The notes beneath the pieces are model-generated. The model saw only the letters and a program-made list of their open reading frames with translations, did not search any database and was not told the origin of the DNA. Shown here in pieces: positions 60,501 to 64,000 of a DNA stretch of 64,000 nt. Made by a program: the position numbers and the translations under genes. The DNA is from Podarcis muralis (Eukaryota), in the NCBI RefSeq assembly GCF_964188315.1, contig NC_135656.1:29636001-29700000 (forward strand), given 5' to 3'. Positions within the stretch are counted from its first letter, which is position 1, and every line of letters begins with the position of its first letter.

Positions 60501-63500
60501 GGTGGCGCGGCAGCAATGGGAGGCCCCATTAGCTAAAGCGGTGCTTCAGGTTAAGAACAGTTTCAGGCTAAGAACGGACCTCCGGAATGAATTAAGTACG
60601 TAACCAGAGGTACCACTGCACATAATATAACAGTGTACAAGTGTACACCATATGTCCCAGTAACGTTTTAGCCTTTTAAAACCAAGAAACAAGAATGGCA
60701 GGTGCACATCTGTTCTACCTTCCAGGGATTCTTTGACCCAGCTGACAAAATCCCTCCTGAGTGCCAGCTCCTCAAGGCACCTACGACGTGGTTCAGTTAT
60801 GTCTTGCAGCGATTTTTTTACACGCATCAATTCAATACTCATGGAGGAAAGCTTCTCTTCCTGAAACTGGAATTTCTGTACCTGAAAAGGGAATAATAGG
60901 ATTGTACTGCACATTAAGGATGTGCAAAACCTTTCCCTTGATTTACATCTCCCATTTTCAGCCCCATGGTGCTGGGTTTCAAGAGGAGGCATCATGGATT
61001 GTTTCAGATATGATTCCTTCTAGGAACACTGGAATGGCTCCCCGCCCCTCTCAGGAACCTGCAGCTGCACTCAGTGTTCCAATGGCAAGGGATCAGGCTC
61101 ACCCTACCGCTGCTGCCCCACTGACCACAACTAAGACTTTTGTTTGTTTGTGAAGGCTTTTATGGGGGGGCAGAAAGGAAAATGAATAAAATCAGACAGA
61201 AGCCGTCTTTAGCTGTGCAAGCCAGTGGAACCACAATATCTACATCAGAAATTGAACCAGATATTACCATGGCATCCATGCAGCAGGGGAACGTTTATTT
61301 ATATTTTTCCCTTTCGGAAAACAATGAGTTAGGCTGTTTTATAGAGAGACATTTGTTGCTTGTTGCAACTACAACAGATTCTATACAAAGTGAAAGGAAA
61401 ATCTCCCAAGAACTGGAATCCCCTTGTCTTTACAAGGGGGGAAAAACTATGGTAACGTGCCATCCCATGATGAAACATTTTGGAGATGCTACTCAGAGTA
61501 TAGAGTAGATGGCAAGTGGCCTTATGACATAGTAGCCTCCTGTAACTCTAATGCAGAGTTTGTGAAAGCCATGTAGGTAAGATGAAAGCCTGTAGCACCT
61601 AGGCACATCTTTTATTCCGCTAGATTTAAATTCAACCCCTTCCTCCCAATCTGCCCACAATGGCTATGATTTCAATATCACCACACCCTTTCTACTTCTG
61701 ACTCTTTGTGGGGATGCAAGTGAGCTAAACTTGACTAGGTATGGCAAATGAACAGAACATGCAGTTAAATTTGCAAACTGTTACCATGAGATAAGTAGCT
61801 AGTTTTATCTGCCCTTTGATATCCTGATTGCACTGGTTGCTACACATCTTGATCCACTACTCAGTAGATACCACATGGATGAATACTCATCAGGACACAC
61901 CTGACTCCCAAAACTATATTGAGTAGCATAGATAGACTATTTAGTAGCATAGAGATTATTTTTCTGCCAGTCAAAATGTCCTTAAAAGTTTATTTTTTTT
62001 GTTTTGCTTTCTCCAGTTACACAATATCCACATGGCAAATTGAGCCATAAGTTATATGTGTCTTACAGTGGTGTGCATACCCTCTAAATTGCATACTGCG
62101 TGTAGATGGTTCTGCAGTACGGAATAGAAATACAGTATAGGGTTAGATTCAACTAAGTTGGCATGCTAGGGGAAGCCAGAAAAAGTTCCACCAATGCAAA
62201 AGGACTTTCCCCTCTCCTCTTCCTATGTGCCCCTGCATTTTATACAGTACATGGTAGGAGGAGAGAGGATTGTTCTATCTTGCAAGCAGCTACGCTGAAT
62301 CCAACCCATACAGTTGCCTCTTTCAATATGATTATAAAATTCTATAAACCAAATGCCTGACAGTATTAAATAGCTAGGAATTGCAGGGGGGGGGGAACCG
62401 GGACCTAATGGCTGGACATCCTTGGGGAAAGCAATTCACAAATGGGGTGTAATTACAAAAAAAAAAACCAAAAACCTCTCTTGTCTTCAGTGCAGAAAAA
62501 CCATGCTAAAGAAATTAAAGAGATCCAAAAAGCCAAAGTACTAAACAACTCTATATGTAATCCACATTTTGTGTTCCTATGATAACGTATAGACCCCAAT
62601 GAAAAGTGCACTCTATCAGCTTTTGAACAGAATGAAGCTACGTAAGTTTACTGGATAAGCTCTTGAACTGTGGTTTCAAAGAAATATACTTACGAAGTTA
62701 AGCAACTGTTGAAGGACTCTGAAGTCACCAGAGAGATTCAAACCTTCCCTGACCTTGTCGATAACCTTAGCAGAGTCCATGGCCAAATGCAATTCATGAT
62801 ATTGCTGGATTTGTTGAATCCGCTCATCTATCCATTCTCCACCATCTTGACGCTGTAGATTGCACATAACCTGAAAATCCTTTTTCAGATCCTCGTAACG
62901 GTTAGTAAAATCTCTGAAGAGCATGTCTACTTCAGAAAACATGAGCTCTCCAGATTTCAGACTGTTATACAGCCTCAAGAATTCCCTGTAGCAAGGATCA
63001 AAAAGGGAGAGAGGCACTTCATCAAGATCCAGAGCAGCAATATCTTCATCAACGACAAGTTTTTTGGCTGCCCACTCCCAGCAGTACTGGAAGACGTCAC
63101 TCTCTTTAAAGTTATTCACAATTTCCGCTATCTTCTTCAGGGCTGGACTCAGGTGGTAGTATGTCTCAATTTTATCAGCACTCTGGGAAATGTCTCTCAC
63201 ATTCACAACATCGTCCAGTGCTTTTGAGGCCAGGTTTTCACTGTGCTTCTGCTCTATTTCAGAAATTTCCACTGAAAGTAAAGAGAAAATCAGAACTTGG
63301 ACACACACACACAAAAAACTTCAGTGGGTCTTATCTTTGCTGTACAATGGTTCACATTGCAGCATCAAACACCAAACTGTGACCTTTGTTTAAAAAATGA
63401 ACAATAATTTGCAATTTCTACCCAATTTTTCTACTTGGATCAATCTGCTTTTCTGATGTTGGAGAGTTCTGGGACATTCTCATTCCACGGTTTATTTCCA

Positions 63501-63738
63501 CTCCCAATCTTTAACAATCTTTGCAAAGGAAAACTAACAGAGCCAGAGTTTTAAAATTACCCTCCCCCTTTAAAAATACCTTTTATATACTCTTGCACTT
63601 TCCTGCACATGTTCAAGAGGGATTCCAAACAGTTTTTCTCCCTCTTGACATACAGTAGTTCTTGCAGCCTCAAGCCAAGTATTCCTTCTAGTTTTGCTCT
63701 GTGCTCTTTTTCATCAAACAGCGAAATATGCTTGGGCC
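10457..63738 (-). CDS. RNF213: RNF213 (mysterin) AAA+ ATPase/E3 ubiquitin ligase, 5'-partial; 49 coding exons in window (inferred equivalents of human exons 20-68)
   Basis: Manual splicing gives a continuous frame of 12,095 nt with consistent phases. Motifs: Walker A GETGCGKT and GKPGSSKS, Walker B ILFFDE and VVVLDE, C3HC4 RING, RZ finger, C-terminus ...CIAVWKVAAALKRDRRLG*. Numbering the giant exon as 29 makes the last exon 68, matching the human exon count as I recall it. Confidence 0.97.
10748..10926 (-). CDS. RNF213: RNF213 exon ~67
   Basis: DPFAEVSESYK..FLQELHEMIILKLK..FNPTW S; 179 nt. Confidence 0.94.
11027..11116 (-). CDS. RNF213: RNF213 exon ~66
   Basis: VLSRCHLKHIIALWQLLSSHKSEQLLHLKK; 90 nt. 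Confidence 0.93.
12242..12439 (-). CDS. RNF213: RNF213 exon ~65
   Basis: SSLPNSTIGMISGELLSYSD..GFLAVAGGDP..DHVMK; 198 nt. Confidence 0.93.
13158..13235 (-). CDS. RNF213: RNF213 exon ~64
   Basis: GIPTLVYRHDQNYEHLFNDIRTKLSQ; 78 nt. Confidence 0.93.
13364..13565 (-). CDS. RNF213: RNF213 exon ~63
   Basis: YSVSPAEVTDLHVITYEVGRDL..RFLQGKPLITLT; 202 nt. Confidence 0.93.
13697..13877 (-). CDS. RNF213: RNF213 exon ~62
   Basis: EIKLPKDYCASDL..FEILLPRRHGLGLCSTAL..; 181 nt. Confidence 0.93.
13941..14192 (-). mobile_element. tRNA-derived squamate SINE (Squam-type)
   Basis: Colinear homolog of 2085-2339. Confidence 0.75.
15484..15567 (-). CDS. RNF213: RNF213 exon ~61
   Basis: GKRCLMTNRVKIFLTVWNKLRSSLETS G; 84 nt. 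Confidence 0.92.
16246..16375 (-). CDS. RNF213: RNF213 exon ~60
   Basis: EAELRLVKFLPEILALQK..FLNISA; 130 nt. Confidence 0.93.
17909..18157 (-). CDS. RNF213: RNF213 exon ~59
   Basis: VLDKTLLEL..RISSNPVVKVVYGDP..PILWKFLQK; 249 nt. Confidence 0.93.
18673..19171 (+). mobile_element. Bov-B 3' fragment
   Basis: Near-identical to 54070-54546; TSD aaacttgccc at 18660-18669 and 19176-19185. Confidence 0.93.
19641..19732 (-). CDS. RNF213: RNF213 exon ~58
   Basis: PVRFDGQLSKKEQRNNWEGIVARIILPELE; 92 nt. Confidence 0.9.
21237..21582. mobile_element. Tigger/pogo-like MITE with internal (t)agcgg repeats
   Basis: TA-flanked; TIR cagtggtgcctcgcaagacg / cgtcttgcggggcaccactg. Confidence 0.82.
21742..21922 (-). 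CDS. RNF213: RNF213 exon ~57
   Basis: SLLQIIKPPVQDPVSFLMQHILKDLEQL..; 181 nt. Confidence 0.92.
22355..22595. mobile_element. Tigger/pogo-like MITE (related subfamily)
   Basis: TA-flanked cagtggtacctcggttt..gtactactg. Confidence 0.78.
22943..23102 (-). CDS. RNF213: RNF213 exon ~56
   Basis: SIQDRSQTGHVLGKPEKR..LIRLLTHLSLLLGATKDRQ; 160 nt. Confidence 0.9.
23424..23463. repeat. (AAAT)n microsatellite
   Basis: Direct inspection; possibly an old LINE tail. Confidence 0.9.
23998..24092 (-). CDS. RNF213: RNF213 exon ~55 (RZ finger C-half)
   Basis: CGRPMQRGFCVDCGVVIGGDNHRAVAGFQEA R; 95 nt. Confidence 0.93.
24394..24428 (-). CDS. RNF213: RNF213 exon ~54 (35-nt microexon, RZ finger N-half)
   Basis: CPNGHPCTIGE|gtaaga. 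Confidence 0.93.
24664..24740 (+). mobile_element. Penelope-like terminus, single truncated copy
   Basis: Near-identical to the right arm 42764-42840. Confidence 0.75.
25461..25542 (-). CDS. RNF213: RNF213 exon ~53
   Basis: GAFLPTMPEDLLAQAVRWEAAAGLRWY; 82 nt. Confidence 0.93.
25659..26016 (+). mobile_element. Sauria SINE (subtype A)
   Basis: Full length; 13-bp TSD taaagtgtgttat at 25644-25656 and 26017-26029. Confidence 0.92.
26153..26395 (-). CDS. RNF213: RNF213 exon ~52
   Basis: QRDVIKEF..EMAIHTAAVLLSGQNRILEPLRNLAFSPHTMQ; 243 nt. Confidence 0.93.
26683..26793 (-). CDS. RNF213: RNF213 exon ~51
   Basis: ACNVSKSVQAVHFLLAVFRE..SLHPKQE; 111 nt. Confidence 0.9.
27478..27600 (-). CDS. RNF213: RNF213 exon ~50
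   Basis: SHQHNQMDRFLVCG..ISAALK; 123 nt. Confidence 0.9.
28179..28375 (-). CDS. RNF213: RNF213 exon ~49
   Basis: GSEETEKQFYLQKVKRFC..NDWYKVYLVRKL..WVFPSEVIKQQQ; 197 nt. Confidence 0.92.
28542..28758 (-). CDS. RNF213: RNF213 exon ~48 (GC donor; alternative GT donor would end the exon at 28527)
   Basis: DSMCEK..EATIEYLQGVAHIQLCMDRAA..HGAS G|gcaagt; 217 nt. Confidence 0.88.
29329..29518 (-). mobile_element. Bov-B 3' fragment
   Basis: (ttg)n tail plus ttagtcgtgtctgactcttcgtgacccc; TSD tgctagtt at 29321-29328 and 29519-29526. Confidence 0.9.
29887..30001 (-). CDS. RNF213: RNF213 exon ~47
   Basis: FNDVKVHVQNYL..YVLFVNCLE|gtaagt; 115 nt. Confidence 0.92.
30234..30336 (-). CDS. RNF213: RNF213 exon ~46
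   Basis: NPRVHTKSLSPFNDVVDKTPVIRSVVLKLLLKY S; 103 nt. Confidence 0.92.
30425..30582 (-). CDS. RNF213: RNF213 exon ~45
   Basis: ICIEKNTQFRKFCNSFFINLVSTMCFKDNEPPEK..; 158 nt. Confidence 0.92.
30764..30946 (-). CDS. RNF213: RNF213 exon ~44 (C3HC4 RING finger)
   Basis: YGLRPCPICMGDPKDPVNLPCDHVYCHSCIKQWLVAGQMSCPLCLVDLPEK; all 8 zinc ligands present; 183 nt. Confidence 0.96.
31187..31427. mobile_element. Tigger/pogo-like MITE
   Basis: TA-flanked cagtgaaaccttggtt..aaccaaggtaccactg. Confidence 0.75.
31511..31698. repeat. Perfect 94-bp tandem duplication
   Basis: 31511-31604 identical to 31605-31698. Confidence 0.95.
31841..31941 (-). CDS. RNF213: RNF213 exon ~43
   Basis: CFQWNSDIKTLNTFTAVMNVLCDCKDEISSAFC K; 101 nt. 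Confidence 0.85.
32192..32371. mobile_element. hAT-type MITE with internal 22-bp tandem repeat
   Basis: TIR cagtggcgta / tacgccactg; perfect 8-bp TSD tggacaca. Confidence 0.85.
32819..32939 (-). CDS. RNF213: RNF213 exon ~42
   Basis: SRWNRVFSVSLFVEHVLLG..RLGK; 121 nt. Confidence 0.9.
33689..34038 (-). mobile_element. Sauria SINE (subtype A)
   Basis: TSD caagggaaa(c/t)atta at 33675-33688 and 34040-34053. Confidence 0.92.
34092..34273 (-). CDS. RNF213: RNF213 exon ~41
   Basis: VLDVLAAIACTEML..LLQEV R; 182 nt. Confidence 0.9.
35215..35433 (-). CDS. RNF213: RNF213 exon ~40
   Basis: LLQTALLSC..SRLQNLSRIL..LLHRQM; 219 nt. Confidence 0.9.
35839..35993 (-). CDS. RNF213: RNF213 exon ~39
   Basis: HAEKFVGLFQKTPLG..PKELN|gtgagt; 155 nt. 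Confidence 0.9.
37037..37176 (-). CDS. RNF213: RNF213 exon ~38
   Basis: SQSKTILVEN..IPFSWRIKDFLEDLWVQA..GDE; 140 nt. Confidence 0.9.
38147..38338 (-). CDS. RNF213: RNF213 exon ~37
   Basis: HTLWKRVQSAVIPFL..DRDGNLDLL..IMSDK; 192 nt. Confidence 0.92.
39273..39604 (+). mobile_element. Sauria SINE (subtype B, internal deletion)
   Basis: Same head; 3' end ggacctaatggtcaggggtcccttta. Confidence 0.85.
39725..39860 (-). CDS. RNF213: RNF213 exon ~36
   Basis: SFLKITKNRL..EWVLREASNLNALQEAGTF R; 136 nt. Confidence 0.92.
39938..40495. mobile_element. Tc1/mariner-type MITE with internal GC-rich hairpin repeats
   Basis: TA-flanked; TIR ccgtattttt..aaaaatacgg as in 1151-1319; internal ~89-bp repeats. Confidence 0.78.
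41162..41376 (-). mobile_element. Tigger/pogo-like MITE
   Basis: TA..cagtggtacctc..gaggtaccactg..TA. Confidence 0.85.
41408..41555 (-). CDS. RNF213: RNF213 exon ~35
   Basis: PKILDTTVLLRSCVQSAVGMLRD..EESDLK; 148 nt; AAG acceptor. Confidence 0.9.
42160..42540 (-). mobile_element. L2/CR1-clade LINE 3' remnant
   Basis: Minus-strand peptide WNALPREACLAP typical of L2 ORF2 C-terminus; tail-like ttattcatt. Confidence 0.55.
42678..42848. mobile_element. Penelope-like element terminus as a perfect inverted repeat (85-bp arms, 1-nt spacer)
   Basis: Base-by-base complementarity; ctgaagaagtgtgcatgcacacgaaagctcatac..ttagttggtctttaaggtgctac resembles reptile Penelope pseudo-LTR ends (family call from memory). 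Confidence 0.8.
43282..43641 (-). mobile_element. Sauria SINE (subtype A)
   Basis: Perfect 14-bp TSD atgaggaagcataa at 43268-43281 and 43642-43655. Confidence 0.93.
43892..43971 (-). CDS. RNF213: RNF213 exon ~34 (acidic linker)
   Basis: VIMAKEEEQDEEMGVVSAAPKTERLA|gtaagt; 80 nt; phases fit neighbours, sequence divergent. Confidence 0.78.
44097..44225 (-). CDS. RNF213: RNF213 exon ~33
   Basis: MWQSVHIDDLRRSKDMVSDVT..GKSAQK; 129 nt. Confidence 0.92.
44280..44640 (+). mobile_element. L2 LINE 3' remnant
   Basis: Ends tgtaagccgccttgagc..aaaggcggcatacaaataaa plus (tga)n; similar remnants near 21990-22310, 24480-24650 and 46020-46330. Confidence 0.5.
45028..45146 (-). CDS. RNF213: RNF213 exon ~32
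   Basis: YSAVNEINKI..FITKLSRVEGGSSYVGFHG; 119 nt. Confidence 0.92.
45298..45653 (+). mobile_element. Sauria SINE (subtype A)
   Basis: TSD tatgttcatata at 45286-45297 and 45654-45665. Confidence 0.93.
45826..45921 (-). CDS. RNF213: RNF213 exon ~31
   Basis: NSLSVAPGTKILIIQTDFENG..IVASA K; 96 nt. Confidence 0.9.
46495..46631 (-). CDS. RNF213: RNF213 exon ~30
   Basis: VTTFSRLLTAAD..LQQFDTEHSFLKEI R; 137 nt. Confidence 0.92.
47840..51436 (-). CDS. RNF213: RNF213 giant AAA exon ~29 (acceptor uncertain: 51436 or 51426)
   Basis: ORF 47780..51424 (1214 aa) with GETGCGKT, ILFFDE, GKPGSSKS, VVVLDE; donor HTTFIE|gtgagt. Confidence 0.96.
51447..51492. repeat. (AG)23 microsatellite forming the polypyrimidine tract of the giant exon
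   Basis: Reads (CT)n on the transcribed strand, ending 10 nt from the acceptor at 51436. Confidence 0.92.
51798..54546 (+). mobile_element. Bov-B (RTE) LINE, 5'-truncated, defective; APE endonuclease + RT remnants
   Basis: ORFs VRTMNLGKLDVI.., IIGDWNAKVG, NYRTIALISH, FIDYAKAFD, GVRQGCILSP, RYVDD; 3' end gaagagtcggacacgactaaacaacaa; frameshift ~52075, deletion ~53890, TGA 54179-54181; TSD actagcaa at 51790-51797 and 54547-54554. Confidence 0.95.
54592..54744 (-). CDS. RNF213: RNF213 exon ~28
   Basis: VHSGIPEFLFKLLVLQYL..KQTRS|gtaagt; 153 nt. Confidence 0.9.
54887..55080 (-). CDS. RNF213: RNF213 exon ~27 (completes the intron-split Walker A-like SERAGVGKS)
   Basis: KSLYVKRL..FHFDITSS|gtgagt; 194 nt. 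Confidence 0.93.
55633..56767 (-). CDS. RNF213: RNF213 exon ~26 (stalk to first AAA units)
   Basis: Within ORF 55625..56803; VFSSVQRL..VASERAGV G|gtgagt; 1135 nt. Confidence 0.95.
57522..57683 (-). CDS. RNF213: RNF213 exon ~25
   Basis: VSLDTVLCL..LMNKLMLMSGK..VEKFSE|gtcagt; 162 nt. Confidence 0.92.
58127..58267 (-). CDS. RNF213: RNF213 exon ~24
   Basis: RDSARYLEWLKTIKESHGSVE..AEGRK|gtaagt; 141 nt. Confidence 0.93.
58695..59054 (+). mobile_element. Sauria SINE (subtype B, more diverged)
   Basis: TSD taaactcaca at 58682-58691 and 59055-59064. Confidence 0.85.
59148..59365 (-). CDS. RNF213: RNF213 exon ~23
   Basis: KNELKVFVDLASISAGENDMDVDRV..LPKKL|gtaatt; 218 nt. Confidence 0.93.
60393..60618 (+). 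mobile_element. Tigger/pogo-like MITE
   Basis: cagtggtacctcgggtta..gaggtaccactg; right TA mutated to CA. Confidence 0.85.
60719..60881 (-). CDS. RNF213: RNF213 exon ~22
   Basis: VQKFQFQEEK..WVKESLE G|gtagaa; 163 nt. Confidence 0.9.
62694..63271 (-). CDS. RNF213: RNF213 exon ~21
   Basis: Within ORF 62676..63314; EISEIEQKHSENL..QQLLNF|gtaagt; 578 nt. Confidence 0.92.
63580..63738 (-). CDS. RNF213: RNF213 exon ~20
   Basis: ag|GG CCC..PKHISLFDEKEHRAKLEG..VQEYIK G|gtattt; 159 nt. Confidence 0.85.
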
Positions 63739-64000
63739 CTGAAATGAAAATTGCCAATTACAATCACTTGCACAAAATCCCTATTTTCTTTCCTTTTACA
63801 AAACTTAGACTCACTATCTCCCAAATAAGCTCTTAAAGAACAAGGGCATTCCAGAACTCTGCTTCCCAACAGCTGGTGTGCAAATACCACTAAACTGTGA
63901 TTTAGCATTACATGCACAAGCCACCCTGAGCCCAAGTGAAGCTTCAGGCTTAAGTGCTTCCCTTGTCTCCTATCACACGATTGGATAAAAACAAAGATCA

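Overview
Vertebrate (squamate, most likely lacertid lizard) genomic DNA, not prokaryotic. The window holds two tandem minus-strand genes. (1) RNF213/mysterin, 5'-truncated by the window edge: I traced 49 coding exons (63738 down to the stop at 10457; 12,095 nt, about 4,030 codons) with every junction in phase. They cover the AAA+ ring (3.6-kb giant exon), the RING finger, the RZ finger and the C-terminus. (2) ENDOV exons 1-5 (ATG at 6543 in a CpG island; later exons presumably off the left edge). Introns are dense in lizard repeats: seven Sauria SINEs, a 2.75-kb Bov-B LINE plus two 3' fragments, tRNA-derived SINEs, Tc1/mariner- and hAT-type MITEs, L2 remnants, Penelope-like termini and microsatellites. 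The most unusual items are a perfect 85-bp-arm palindrome built from a Penelope-type hammerhead-ribozyme core, an inverted SINE pair bracketing three exons (circRNA candidate), a GC-AG intron with a competing in-frame GT donor, and paired alternative donors/acceptors at the giant AAA exon next to a Bov-B insertion. No clearly novel system was established. Human residue and exon numbers are from memory and need an alignment to confirm.
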